Source: Synergistales bacterium
GTDB taxonomy: Bacteria; Synergistota; Synergistia; Synergistales; JAFGMB01
Length of the DNA stretch: 64,000 bases
Assembly: GCA_963666205.1 (NCBI GenBank)
Contig: OY762654.1
Span: forward strand, 1,056,001-1,120,000
Direction: 5' to 3'
A program made the translations under genes and the position numbers. This document shows positions 39,978 to 50,388 of this stretch, piece after piece. Each line of letters starts with the position of its first letter. Position 1 is the stretch's first letter. The notes beneath the pieces were generated by a model. It made no database searches and was not told the origin of the DNA. It saw only the letters and a program-made list of their open reading frames with translations.

Positions 39978-40640
39978 ATGAGATCGGTATCCTTTAAAAA
40001 AATATTGCTGGCCATAATGGTCCTGTTTACTGCTTTATCAGTATTTTCCCCTTCTGCAAAGGCCGTAGACGTACTGGAAATGGAAAAGCAGGAACTTTCC
40101 AGAAATGAAATTGAAGGGATTCTTCTGATGAGAGAAGAGGAAAAACTGGCCAGAGACGTATATCTGACCCTTGGAGAAAAGTGGGATCTGAAACCTTTTT
40201 TTAATATAGCCGAAAGCGAGCAGAAACATATGGATGAGATGGGATCCCTGGTAACAAAATATGACCTGGAAGATCCCGTAAAGGATGATACAAGGGGCGT
40301 ATTTACAAACCCGGAAATGAAAAAACTCTACGACGAACTTCTTGCCAAAGGGCAGAAATCCAGACTTGATGCCTTTAAAGTGGGAACAATGATCGAAGAC
40401 CTGGACATCGCAGATCTTGAGGCGCTTCTTAAGGAAACGGATAACGATGATATAAGGATCGTTTATCTGAACCTAGTAAAGGGATCCAGAAACCATCTGA
40501 GAACCTTTCATTTTCAGATTGAAAAATCCGGAGGCACCTACAAGGCACAATATATCACCGATGATATGTATAATAAGATCACAGGATCTCAGAAGGAACA
40601 GTACGAAATATCCGATCCGGATTTCAAGTATGAATATTAG
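39978..40640 (+). CDS. DUF2202 ferritin-like domain protein with signal peptide
   Basis: MREEEKLARDVY, SEQKHMD, IEDLDIADL, GSRNHLR; ATG 39978 after AGGAGG. Confidence 0.82.
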   Translation: MRSVSFKKILLAIMVLFTALSVFSPSAKAVDVLEMEKQELSRNEIEGILLMREEEKLARDVYLTLGEKWDLKPFFNIAESEQKHMDEMGSLVTKYDLEDPVKDDTRGVFTNPEMKKLYDELLAKGQKSRLDAFKVGTMIEDLDIADLEALLKETDNDDIRIVYLNLVKGSRNHLRTFHFQIEKSGGTYKAQYITDDMYNKITGSQKEQYEISDPDFKYEY

Positions 40641-40649
40641 ATAATTCAT

Positions 40650-40693
40650 TAAAAAGGGGAGGGGCCCGGAAAACAGAGCCTCTCCCCTTTTTA
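40650..40693. terminator. Bidirectional terminator
   Basis: TAAAAAGGGGAG...CTCCCCTTTTTA between convergent genes. Confidence 0.75.
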
Positions 40694-40724
40694 ATGATAA
40701 TATCAGGGTCCAGGATAAAAAGGA

Positions 40725-41477
40725 CTAATAACCTGAAAGGAACATTTTCATTATAAGACTTGCTGACAGAAGTGATACCACTTCTCCCATCTCGCACAGA
40801 ATCCCGTAGCCATCATCTGTCAGTCCACCCCTCATTCTGGTAAAGACCCATGACAGCAGGAAGACCGAACCTCCTGTAAAGAAAAGGAAGACCAGACCAT
40901 ATGTACCTGCAAGGAGAATAGCCAGCGTCAAGGCTGATATCGTTCCGATTACAAATTCCCTGTTGGTACAGCTTTTCCTGAAGGTATCTACCGTACCATC
41001 CGATACTGCACATGGAAAGAAGCGAATTGCCAGAACCATTGCCCAGCATCCCAGGATGGGCGCCAGTATAAGGGCCTTGGAAAAGAACTGCCATTTAAGT
41101 TCATTCAAAGCAGCGAACTTTACCAGAAGGACGCATACCAGGGCCAGGGCTCCGAGGCTTCCAAGCCGGCTATGTTTCATTATGGGAAGCCTGATCTCCC
41201 CGCCCCCATTCTCTCCGATTTTTTCAAAGGAACTTCCATAACCATCCAGGTGAAAAGCCCTTGTGACAAGAACCCAGATGGTCACAGTCAGAGCTGTGGA
41301 AAGCATAGGCTGAAAGAGGAAACCCATAAGACCATGGATAAACAGCAGCATTCCCCCGATCACTGCACCTACAAGGGGGAACCATGCTATCGATCTTCCA
41401 AGATCCTGGAGGGAAACATTCTCATCTCCAGGGACCGGGATGATGGTCAGAAAGCGAAGGGCATTGAGAAATTCCAA
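40725..41477 (-). CDS. cobS: Adenosylcobinamide-GDP ribazoletransferase-like protein (divergent)
   Basis: ALRFLTIIP, WFPLVG, FHLDG, GGLT motifs; several conserved Asp residues appear replaced. Confidence 0.7.
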   Translation of the reverse strand: MEFLNALRFLTIIPVPGDENVSLQDLGRSIAWFPLVGAVIGGMLLFIHGLMGFLFQPMLSTALTVTIWVLVTRAFHLDGYGSSFEKIGENGGGEIRLPIMKHSRLGSLGALALVCVLLVKFAALNELKWQFFSKALILAPILGCWAMVLAIRFFPCAVSDGTVDTFRKSCTNREFVIGTISALTLAILLAGTYGLVFLFFTGGSVFLLSWVFTRMRGGLTDDGYGILCEMGEVVSLLSASLIMKMFLSGY

Positions 41478-41718
41478 ATTATGGCCTCCTTAAGTCCGGA
41501 TATTCCGGTACTCATAAAAATCATTATTTCATCAAATATCTTAACAGAAGATACAACTGTTGTGACTATCAGGCCAACCCTTCAGTCCCGAAAGAAAATC
41601 TTTACATACTTCAACAATAATAAAATACCCCTTGACTCCATTCATAGTTAATATTATAATTAATATTGTTAGATGTACTTAACATATTATTTAGTATCTC
41701 ACTCAAGGAGGTTTTAAA

Positions 41719-42369
41719 ATGGACGCAGAGATCAGAATGCCCCTCATAGGGGATCCCATGCCGCTAATGGAAGTTAATACAACGAGGGGAAAGATGGTCC
41801 TACCTGACTCTTACAAGGGTAAATGGTTCGTACTTTTCAGCCATCCTGCGGATTTCACTCCCGTCTGTACAACAGAATTTGTAGCATTTCAGAAGAGATA
41901 CCAGGAGTTCAAGGATCTTGACTGTGAACTCATAGGGTTGAGTATTGACCAGGTTTTCTCACATATTAAATGGACAGAATGGATAAAAGAAAAGCTTGAT
42001 GTAGAAATAGAATTTCCAATAATTGCGGATAACGGTGAAGTGGGATATATCATGGGAATGGTCCATCCCGGCAAAGGATCCAATACTGTAAGAGCAGTAT
42101 TTATCGTTGACCCTGAGGGTATTGTAAGGGCTATACTCTACTATCCCCAGGAACTGGGACGTAATTTTGACGAGATACTGAGAATGGTCAAGGGGCTTCA
42201 GACTTCAGACGCAGAGGGAGTAGCTCTTCCTGCGAACTGGCCTGACAACGAGCTTATAGGCGAAAATGTCATAGTACCACCCGCATCGAATGTGGATGAC
42301 GCCAGGGAAAGACTGGAAAGCAGGGAACACACCTGTTTCGACTGGTGGTTCTGTCATAAAAAGCTTTAA
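41719..42369 (+). CDS. Peroxiredoxin (Prx6/TDXH type)
   Basis: [34 protein letters not shown]. Confidence 0.92.
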   Translation: MDAEIRMPLIGDPMPLMEVNTTRGKMVLPDSYKGKWFVLFSHPADFTPVCTTEFVAFQKRYQEFKDLDCELIGLSIDQVFSHIKWTEWIKEKLDVEIEFPIIADNGEVGYIMGMVHPGKGSNTVRAVFIVDPEGIVRAILYYPQELGRNFDEILRMVKGLQTSDAEGVALPANWPDNELIGENVIVPPASNVDDARERLESREHTCFDWWFCHKKL

Positions 42370-42398
42370 CCTCTCTCCCCCTTAATACATATACACAT

Positions 42399-42451
42399 AC
42401 AACACAGCGAAGGGACTGACCTCTGCAGGTTCAGTCCCTTCGCTGTGTTGT
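42399..42451 (+). terminator. Long hairpin after peroxiredoxin
   Basis: ACAACACAGCGAAGGGACTGA / TCAGTCCCTTCGCTGTGTTGT 21-bp perfect stem. Confidence 0.7.
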
Positions 42452-42538
42452 AATGAAGTTTTCAGCTTCTGTCTCATTGTGCTGATGTATTGGTTATAAT
42501 GGGAGAATATGTAATTTCATAATAAGGGGGATGACCAG

Positions 42539-43060
42539 ATGCAAGAGAAGGGTTTCATACAGATCTACACCGGAACGGGAAAAGGCAAGACCACAGCCGC
42601 CCTTGGTCTTGCCATGAGAGCCGTTGGAGCCGGCTTCAGAATCTTTATCGGACAATTCCTGAAACAGGAGAAATACAGTGAACATAGGGCAATAAAACTT
42701 ATGGGGAGTTCCGTGACCCTGAGAACTTTCGGAGGAGACCGGTTTATTGGAGATACCCCCTCCGAAGGGGATATAGCCCTGGCAGAAAAGGGGCTGGAGG
42801 AGTTGAGACAGGCCCTTGTCAGCGAAGTTTATGATCTTGTCATAGCAGATGAGATCATTGTGGCAGTTCATCTCGGCCTGTTGAAAGAGGAAGATGTCCT
42901 CAGCCTGATGAGGCAGAAACCTGAAAATGTAGAACTGGTCCTTACAGGCCGTTATGCAACAGAGAAGATGATAGCCATGGCAGACCTGGTAACGAAAATG
43001 GTGGAAAACAAACATTATTATGATAAGGGAATACAGGCAAGAGAAGGGATCGAAAAATAA
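42539..43060 (+). CDS. cobO: Cob(I)alamin adenosyltransferase (CobA/CobO/BtuR)
   Basis: YTGTGKGKTTAALG, QFLK, ELVLTGR, AREGIE. Confidence 0.9.
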   Translation: MQEKGFIQIYTGTGKGKTTAALGLAMRAVGAGFRIFIGQFLKQEKYSEHRAIKLMGSSVTLRTFGGDRFIGDTPSEGDIALAEKGLEELRQALVSEVYDLVIADEIIVAVHLGLLKEEDVLSLMRQKPENVELVLTGRYATEKMIAMADLVTKMVENKHYYDKGIQAREGIEK

Positions 43061-43218
43061 TATATTTCCACGTCATCATGGGCACCATTCTTCTGTCTAA
43101 GATACAGGAAATGGACCAGGGGCTGAATAAGATAATCAACATTATTCCTTTATGGCTTATATCGGTTTTATTTTATTGGCGTTTGGAACTTTAAAAGAGG
43201 AAAGGAACTGATCCAAAA

Positions 43219-43824
43219 ATGGAAAGAACGATTTATCTGGTCAGGCATGGAAGACCGGCCCTCCCGGATCATGAACTTCGTTTTCTGGGCAGGACAGATC
43301 TTCCCCTTTCGGAGGAAGGCATGGACCAGGCCCTGAAACTTGGAGAAATATTTAAGGGACATAATTTCGAAGATGTTTTTCACAGCGGGATGAAGAGGAC
43401 ATCCCAGACGGCATACCTCATCTTCAAGGACAGGCCTGTAGAAATGGAAACAGTGCCCCAATTCAGAGAGATCGCCTTTGGTGAATGGGAAACCCTTTCC
43501 ATGAAGGAACTTTCGATAAAGGATCCTGAAGCATTCAAGGCAAGGGGACGGGACTTCGGGAACTTCAGACCCCCTGGAGGAGAAAACTTCGACGATCTGC
43601 AGAAAAGAGTATACCCTGCCTTCGAAAAGATTCTATCCAGAACAACTGGAGATATTATGATAGTCGGCCATGCCGGGGTGTTCAAGACCATCATAATGAA
43701 AATACTTGGTCTATCTTTTCAGCAGCTTTTTTCCTTCCGCCAGGAATATTGCGGGGTAAATGTAATTTCTCAGGTAGACGGGTCTCTTTCAGTACTAAAA
43801 CTGAACTGGACACCCGAAATCTGA
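43219..43824 (+). CDS. Histidine phosphatase family (CobC/alpha-ribazole phosphatase-like)
   Basis: LVRHG, REIAFGEWE, PPGGE, GHAG; adjacent to cobO. Confidence 0.75.
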   Translation: MERTIYLVRHGRPALPDHELRFLGRTDLPLSEEGMDQALKLGEIFKGHNFEDVFHSGMKRTSQTAYLIFKDRPVEMETVPQFREIAFGEWETLSMKELSIKDPEAFKARGRDFGNFRPPGGENFDDLQKRVYPAFEKILSRTTGDIMIVGHAGVFKTIIMKILGLSFQQLFSFRQEYCGVNVISQVDGSLSVLKLNWTPEI

Positions 43825-43872
43825 TTTTCAGACATGTGAAAAATACAAAGACAGATCTTTTTTCAACAAGAA

Positions 43873-44475
43873 TCAGAAATGGTCTTTTATAAGGACCTCT
43901 TCCTTTGGCAGCTGACCTGCACGGGGCCAGGCTTCTTTAGTTCCCTTGCCAACCACAACGAACATGGCAATAACATGGTCTTCGGGAAGGTTTATGAGCT
44001 TTGCAACTGCATCGAAATCAAAACCGTCCATGGGACATGAATCATAGCCCATTTCCTTCGCTGCCAGCATCAGAGTCTGGGCAGCTATCCCGCATGACCT
44101 CATGGCCTCGTCCCTCTGGACCTGATCTTTCCCCCGGTAGTACTGATCTATGGCAGTGAGGATGAAATCCTGAACCTGCTGAGGAGCATTTCTCCACTTC
44201 CGGGGAACATCTTTTTCCCAGGCCTTTAGATCGGCGCAAAGAACGATGAGCAGCGAAGCATCCGTTACCTGCTCCTGATCCCAGGCAACTTTCCGTATTT
44301 CCTTACGAAGCTCGGGATCCTGAACCAGAACAAATTTCCAGTTCTGAATGTTGAATGCTGTGGGGGACAACATGGCGAGAGAAAAAAGCTGGTTTATCTC
44401 TTCATCACTCATCCTGTGCTTTGGATCATAGTGCTTGACAGCTCTTCTCTTTTCGATAGCTACGAGGGTATTCAT
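43873..44475 (-). CDS. Nitroreductase family protein
   Basis: RRAVKHY, SPTAFNIQNW, GYDSCPMDGFD. Confidence 0.88.
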   Translation of the reverse strand: MNTLVAIEKRRAVKHYDPKHRMSDEEINQLFSLAMLSPTAFNIQNWKFVLVQDPELRKEIRKVAWDQEQVTDASLLIVLCADLKAWEKDVPRKWRNAPQQVQDFILTAIDQYYRGKDQVQRDEAMRSCGIAAQTLMLAAKEMGYDSCPMDGFDFDAVAKLINLPEDHVIAMFVVVGKGTKEAWPRAGQLPKEEVLIKDHF

Positions 44476-44645
44476 TAAACATCCACCTCCCTGGTTATTT
44501 ATAGTGTTATTTTCAAAAAACGGACTTCATTCTATAATACATCCTTTAACGAATTGAGCAAATAGCTGACTATTGCTCAACTGAACAGATCTTAACAGGG
44601 TTATATCCTCATATCAGAGACAGATCCAATGGATAGTTCACTAAA

Positions 44646-44680
44646 AAACCAGGGGTCACGTAAATCGTGACCCCTGGTTT
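44646..44680. terminator. Probable terminator
   Basis: AAACCAGGGGTCACG/CGTGACCCCTGGTTT stem. Confidence 0.65.
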
Positions 44681-44754
44681 GAATTAAGCTCTTCTTTCAA
44701 AAAATGAAAATATAGATCTCAAACCCGAGAGGAACCCTCTCAGCAGGTTGAGCT

Positions 44755-45588
44755 TCAGGAGCCTCCACTTGCGCCACCGCCGGATCCGGAACTCCCGGAT
44801 CCTCCGGAACCGCTATTATCTCCGCCATTACCGGAAGAACCATTCCTGTTCACCCTTGTAATAGAACCATTCACTGTATCCCATCCGTAGTAGGAATTAT
44901 TCCTGGTGATCCTGCCCTCTTTATTGAGGTTTACCAATCCTTCTGTCTTCCTGGATACAGATGGACTTACCCCGTCGGCTGTATACCCAAGCCTGGCCAG
45001 ATTCAATGGAAGACTTCTTTCCTGGGGATCTTTCCACATGGTACTGTTATTTGACAGCAGATCAAAAAGGTCTCTTGTCTGGGTAAGAGTCCGGTTCAGT
45101 TGATCATATTCCCCTTGATCCACTACACCTGCCATCTCCCTGAAGGCTGTGGATCGATCCAGACCTTTAAAGATATCATGGGCCAGCCATAAAGCTCCGG
45201 GCTCTCTTATATCAACCAGAAAAGATATGGCCGCCAGAGAAGATTCTATGGCAAGAACCTGTTTCGGAAGATTCTCATCCGCTCCTATAAAACCTTCCAC
45301 TCCATCAAGGTTGGCTGGATCTCCATCGGGTAAAAGGATCTCCATCAGCTGAAGGGATCTCGAGGCTCCCTCACGGGCATTCGTACTCTTCCAGACCATA
45401 TCCCGTACCGCCTGGGGATCTTGTGAAACCTGACTGGAAAGAAGCTCCTTCCTGAGTTCCTGGCCACTTTCCTTCTGGAGACAGAAATTAATGTAGTCGT
45501 CCTTATCTCCTGCAAATGATACCGATGTAATAACCATCAGAACTGCTGAAATACATAAAATGGGTAAAAGTAATCCAGTTCTTTTCAA
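44755..45588 (-). CDS. Hypothetical exported protein with Gly/Ser-rich tail
   Basis: TTG after GGGAG SD, signal peptide, no recognised domain; paralog of the upstream gene. Confidence 0.7.
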   Translation of the reverse strand: MKRTGLLLPILCISAVLMVITSVSFAGDKDDYINFCLQKESGQELRKELLSSQVSQDPQAVRDMVWKSTNAREGASRSLQLMEILLPDGDPANLDGVEGFIGADENLPKQVLAIESSLAAISFLVDIREPGALWLAHDIFKGLDRSTAFREMAGVVDQGEYDQLNRTLTQTRDLFDLLSNNSTMWKDPQERSLPLNLARLGYTADGVSPSVSRKTEGLVNLNKEGRITRNNSYYGWDTVNGSITRVNRNGSSGNGGDNSGSGGSGSSGSGGGASGGS

Positions 45589-45941
45589 TTCTTGTATTCT
45601 CCCTTCAAATGCACAAATTGAGTTATAACTATCCCTTAAAGGAATGGTTTACGTTGAATACTCCAGAAATATCCTCATTATCTTAAAGATATGAGAAGGC
45701 ACATATCCATCGATCAGTTACGGAGAAAATATGCAGGATCTGAAAAAGAAAGGCTGGCATAAAGAAAAGCTATTGGAAAAAAGATCAAGGGGCAAAGTGA
45801 CCATGGAGAACATATAGTAACATCTGATCCTTATCCTGTGTTATATAAATACTAAACAGGCAGCCCAGTGAAATCTTAAACCATTTTATCTACTTGTTTT
45901 ATAAGCATAGGGAAACTTCCCTATCTGCCTGACCTGGGCCC

Positions 45942-46817
45942 TCAGGTACAGGGTGTCCCTTCCGAAAGGCGAAGGGGAACCTGCGATCTCCGGGAAGGGG
46001 ATAATCCAGATGTTTCAACAGACCACTTACCCCGACTGGTAAAGGGATGGACCTTTCCACTAAGCAAGTTGAACACCCGGGGTCCGGAAATATTATTCAG
46101 GATGCCCCTGGTACTTATATACAGAACAGGAAGATCCCTGAGATCTTCTGCGTTCATATTTTCTTCACTGTAGCCTGATAACTTGCGTAATCCGAGGGGA
46201 AGAACTCCTCCGCCCGGATCAGCTCAGGTAAAATCTCCCTTAAAGACCTTTTCAAACAAAGCCCTGGAAGTAGAAAAATGTTCGGACAGGACCTGAAGGT
46301 CTTTTCCTCCGTTAGGGGATGGCAGGGATCTCATTACATCGGTTTTCTCAAGGGAAAGGAATATCTCCTGTGCCAGACCGAGAGATTCCGGTTCTCCTAT
46401 CCGGCAGAGAGAAGCCATGGACGCAAGGAAAACCTCCAAAAGGACAAGCTGTTTTGATATCCCCGGCTCTGGCGGAAAGGAGTGGAGATCCAGGAAGGAA
46501 TTTTCAGTAATGAATCCAGAAATTTCGTCCAGCCTGGAAATCTCTTTTCCTTCCAGTAGATACCTGGCCATGGTAAAACTCTGAGAAGCCTTGATCCGGT
46601 CGTTTTCACCGGTACTCATGATCTCCCAGCGTTCTGCAAGGGATCTGCTTCCTGCCATTTTCAAAAGATCCTCTTCATATCGGTCATTAAGTTTCATCCT
46701 CATAAGGAAATCAATATAATCCATATCTTCTGCCTTTGAACAGGAAGAGAGAATGCTCAGAAGAAACAGACAACAGAGACATAATAGGGCTATTCTTTTA
46801 AATGACAATAGAATCAC
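45942..46817 (-). pseudogene. Paralog of 44755-45588 split by one in-frame TGA at 46224-46226
   Basis: ORFs 46224-46817 and 45942-46157 share a frame; similarity to the paralog continues across the TGA. Confidence 0.7.
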
Positions 46818-46989
46818 CTCCTATTGATTTACTATACTATCATAGTGAATCGAAGAAAAGAGATCCAGAAAAAATATCTGTTTATTTGTTACAATCAGGT
46901 TAAGGGATCCTGATAATCCATTGCATAGCAAGAAAATTGAAATATAATCGAAAGGATCGACAAAGATCTTGATCAAGGGAGGGGTAAAC

Positions 46990-47859
46990 ATGATAAGCGA
47001 AGAAATGAGACAAAAACTGCTCAGGCTTCAGAAAGCAGAGATAACCCAGCATCACATATACCTGCGCCTTTCCAGTCAGGTAGGGGGTGAGAACGGTGAA
47101 ATTCTTGCCCAGGTCGCCAATGACGAATTCCGCCATTATATGGCCCTTGAAGTTTTTACAAGGGAAGTCATAAATCCCTCTTTTTTCACCATCTGGTTCT
47201 ATCTTCTGCTCGGAAAGATATTCGGGATCACTTTCGTTATCAAGTACCTGGAGCAGGGAGAGGAAGAAGCAGAAAAGATCTATGATGAGCTTGCAGCAGA
47301 GATACCCGAGGCGGCTGCAATAAAAGAAGACGAAGAAAGGCACGAACATGAGCTTATTGCCCTTATAGATGAGGAAAGACTATCCTACATCAGCTCCATG
47401 GTGCTGGGTGTTAATGATGCACTGGTAGAGCTTACAGGAGCCCTGGCCGGTCTGACCTTCGTTCTCGGAAGTACCAGGATAACGGGCACTGCAGGGTTGA
47501 TAACGGGAATATCGGCATCTCTCTCCATGGCTGCATCGGAATACCTTTCCCAGAAAAGTGAGATACAGACAGATACTGATCCCCTGAAAGCCTCCATATA
47601 CACGGGGATAATGTACGTAGCGGCTACCCTGATCCTTATAATTCCCTATTTTGTCTTTACCATCCCCCTGGCAGCCCTTTTCTTTACCCTGTTCAACGCA
47701 GCCCTGATAATAGTTGTTTTCACTTTTTTCCTTTCAGTGGTAAAGGAAACATCCTTCAGAAGATCCTTTACCGAAATGATCATGCTCAGTTTCGGAGTAG
47801 CTGGAATATCATTCCTCATAGGAATATTTGCCCGGACCATCCTTAAAGTTGGCATCTGA
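46990..47859 (+). CDS. VIT1/CCC1-family transporter with rubrerythrin-like N-terminal domain
   Basis: DEFRH and DEERHE motifs; VLGVNDALVELTG, SLSMAASEYLS; ATG 46990 after GGAGGGG. Confidence 0.85.
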   Translation: MISEEMRQKLLRLQKAEITQHHIYLRLSSQVGGENGEILAQVANDEFRHYMALEVFTREVINPSFFTIWFYLLLGKIFGITFVIKYLEQGEEEAEKIYDELAAEIPEAAAIKEDEERHEHELIALIDEERLSYISSMVLGVNDALVELTGALAGLTFVLGSTRITGTAGLITGISASLSMAASEYLSQKSEIQTDTDPLKASIYTGIMYVAATLILIIPYFVFTIPLAALFFTLFNAALIIVVFTFFLSVVKETSFRRSFTEMIMLSFGVAGISFLIGIFARTILKVGI

Positions 47860-48253
47860 GTCCAGGGTCTTTATCCGTTAATACCCGGGATACACTCAAG
47901 GGTGTGGGGGAAAGGTTATATTTTCTGCCCCGCACCCTTTTTTCCTGGCCCGTATTTTTACCTTGATTTGAAGGCCCATAATCTGTATAATCTCACGAAC
48001 AGGTTTATCCAGAATCAATCCATCACTCTATTCCTGACTTTATCTTCCTGATGTTCCCCTTAATGTTTATTCTTATCCTTTATTCTTATCCTTATTGATC
48101 TGCAAATAAATGCTTACGCTGAATTGTTTATGCTGATCTGTTCAGGTGATGATTCCTGAAAAGGGGGGAGAGTCATACCTGCTTTGTTCATGGTTGTTTG
48201 AGAATGTCCTGTTCCGTTAGAAAAAATAATTATCAAGAAGGAGTTGAAGCTTA

Positions 48254-49039
48254 ATGAGAATTAGAGACATCATATCCATACGAAACGTCCTGATCATCTT
48301 TGTATTCTGCGCTATAGTTGCAGGACCTACGGCTGTCCAGGCAGCTACCATTCTGAATGAAAACTTTGATGCCAGCTGCTGAGGGGTTCCTCCCGGAATG
48401 CCCACAGGCTGGGGGCGTCAGACAGTAAGCGGAAGTTCAAACTGGTACACAAATTCTTCTTCCTATTCCGTCACACCTCACAATAATTCCATCCGTCTCA
48501 TCTACATGAACAGCGGAAGTACTGAAGGTCGGGCCAGGCTTTACCATACCAACAGCCTTGATCTGAGCAAGTACAACAAGGTGACACTAACTTTCTGGAT
48601 GTACAAGGATCCTGTTCTGGAACAACTGGATGACCGGATCCAGGTCCAGGTCAGAAAGGGCAGTTCATGGGTCAATGCCGGAGATCCCCTTTCCCGCTAT
48701 GCTTCATCCTACGGATGGAGGCAGCAGACTGTAGATCTTTCCGAATTCGGCGGCGGAACGATCCTGATCGGGTTTCTTGGCATAGGAGAAGGCGGAAATG
48801 ATCTCAGGATAGATGATGTCTCGATTACCGGGGAATGGGTCGATGATCCCGACCCGGTAGATGATACGGACAATTCAGATCCTCCTGCAGACAATGACCC
48901 TGACGAAGGGAACTCCGATACAGCTTCGGATGGAGGGGGCGGAGGATGCACTACAGGACTGTTACCCCTTTCTGCCCTCCTTCTGCTTATCCCTCTATTT
49001 CTTATGGGAACAGGCAGTTTATCAGGAAGATCCAGATAA
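48254..49039 (+). pseudogene. SYNERG-CTERM surface protein with in-frame TGA at 48380-48382
   Basis: Signal peptide from ATG 48254 is in frame with ORF 48398-49039; beta-sandwich-like body, D/P-rich linker, GGGGGC + hydrophobic tail. Confidence 0.7.
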
Positions 49040-49042
49040 GGG

Positions 49043-49087
49043 AATATAAAAAGGCCCCTCGGTTTTCCCGAGGGGCCTTTTTATATT
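49043..49087. terminator. Bidirectional terminator
   Basis: AATATAAAAAGGCCCCTCGG/CCGAGGGGCCTTTTTATATT. Confidence 0.85.
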
Positions 49088-49095
49088 CAACTGTT

Positions 49096-50376
49096 TTAAC
49101 CTCCCAGTACATTGGGAAGGAACATTATGATATCCGGGAAATAGGTAAGTATAAGGAGATCTGCCAGAAGCACAAGCAGATAGGGCATGACCTCCCGGGT
49201 CACGGTTTCAATGGGGATCCTGGTTATACTGGAAACAACGAAAAGATCAAGACCTACCGGCGGCGTAATACAGCCTATGGCAAGGTTGACCACCATCATT
49301 ACTCCAAAGAATATGGGATTGATACCCATGGTCAGGGCGACGGGCAACAGTATGGGCGTTAGAATTACCACCGCAGCTGAAGCATTGACCAGTGTTCCCA
49401 TAAAAAGGAGCAGTAGGTTCACCAGCATCAGGAAAACTATGGGACTGTCAGTAAGATTGGCGAAAGCAATCCCAAGCTTGTGAGGTACCTGGGCATTGGT
49501 AAGGATCCATCCAAAAAGATTGGCCCCGCCGACAACGAACATTATCATAGTGGTGCTGACTGCTGCCTTGAAAATCACTTTGGGTATATCCTTAAGCTTA
49601 AGTTCCCTGTATACGAACATTCCCACAAAGGCACCATATACTGCCGCTACTGCGGCTGCCTCGGTGGGTGTAAAGATACCGCCATAGATGCCTCCTATTA
49701 TTATTACAGGCATCATAAGAGCCCAGAAACAGTCCTTAAAGGACTTGAGAATATTCTTGAGGGAAATGGTCCCCGTACCCTTATAACCTCTCTTTTTCGA
49801 AATGAACCAGCTTACGATACACATGGATATTCCCATAAGAATTCCGGGGGCAAACCCGCCAAGGAAAAGATCCGCTATGGATGCATCTGCCACTACTCCA
49901 TATACAACCATGGTTATACTCGGAGGAATGACTATCCCTACAGTACCTCCGCTAGCTACCACTGCCGCCGCAAAGGATTTTTTATAGCCCCGGTTCTCCA
50001 TTTCATCGATAAGGGCCGTTCCTATAGCAGCTGTAGTTGCTGCAGAAGACCCGGAAAGAGCTGCAAAGAACATTCCGGAAACTGCTACCACAAGGGCCAG
50101 ACCGCCTGCAAGGGCACCTACCAGGGAATTGGCAAAATCGACGATACGCCTGGTAACTCCTCCTGAGGACATGAAGGCTCCTGCAAGCATAAAGAAAGGG
50201 ACTGCCATGAAAGAGAAGGAATCCACAGAGGTGAACATTCTCTGGGCAACTACCACAAGGGGGAGTTTGAGCATTCCGTAAAGGATTATGGCAGAGGAAA
50301 GTCCAAGGCCAGTAGCTATGGGGGCACCAGTAAGAAGTACGACAAAGAAAGAACCCAGCATTATCCACAATAACAT
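49096..50376 (-). CDS. dctM: TRAP transporter large permease
   Basis: AVPFFMLAG, SGSSAA, IPPSI, FTPTEAA, ITPPVG. Confidence 0.92.
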   Translation of the reverse strand: MLLWIMLGSFFVVLLTGAPIATGLGLSSAIILYGMLKLPLVVVAQRMFTSVDSFSFMAVPFFMLAGAFMSSGGVTRRIVDFANSLVGALAGGLALVVAVSGMFFAALSGSSAATTAAIGTALIDEMENRGYKKSFAAAVVASGGTVGIVIPPSITMVVYGVVADASIADLFLGGFAPGILMGISMCIVSWFISKKRGYKGTGTISLKNILKSFKDCFWALMMPVIIIGGIYGGIFTPTEAAAVAAVYGAFVGMFVYRELKLKDIPKVIFKAAVSTTMIMFVVGGANLFGWILTNAQVPHKLGIAFANLTDSPIVFLMLVNLLLLFMGTLVNASAAVVILTPILLPVALTMGINPIFFGVMMVVNLAIGCITPPVGLDLFVVSSITRIPIETVTREVMPYLLVLLADLLILTYFPDIIMFLPNVLGG

Positions 50377-50388
50377 GAAAGCCCCTCC

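Noticed and set aside
41480-43220. Cobalamin riboswitch upstream of cobS/cobO/cobC-like genes
   Set aside because: No B12-box or GGGAA/GCCACTG core seen; intergenic regions are short and AT-rich
43873-44475. Nitroreductase as BluB (DMB synthase)
   Set aside because: Generic nitroreductase motifs only, convergent to the cob genes, and BluB needs oxygen
44755-44850. GGN/TCC-rich low-complexity tract as a DNA repeat element
   Set aside because: Simply encodes the Gly/Ser-rich protein tail
46224-48382. Genome-wide UGA reassignment (genetic code 4 or 25)
   Set aside because: TGA ends conserved genes at their expected C-termini here (e.g. manC 31445-31447, the cobC-like gene 43822-43824, the VIT1 gene 47857-47859)
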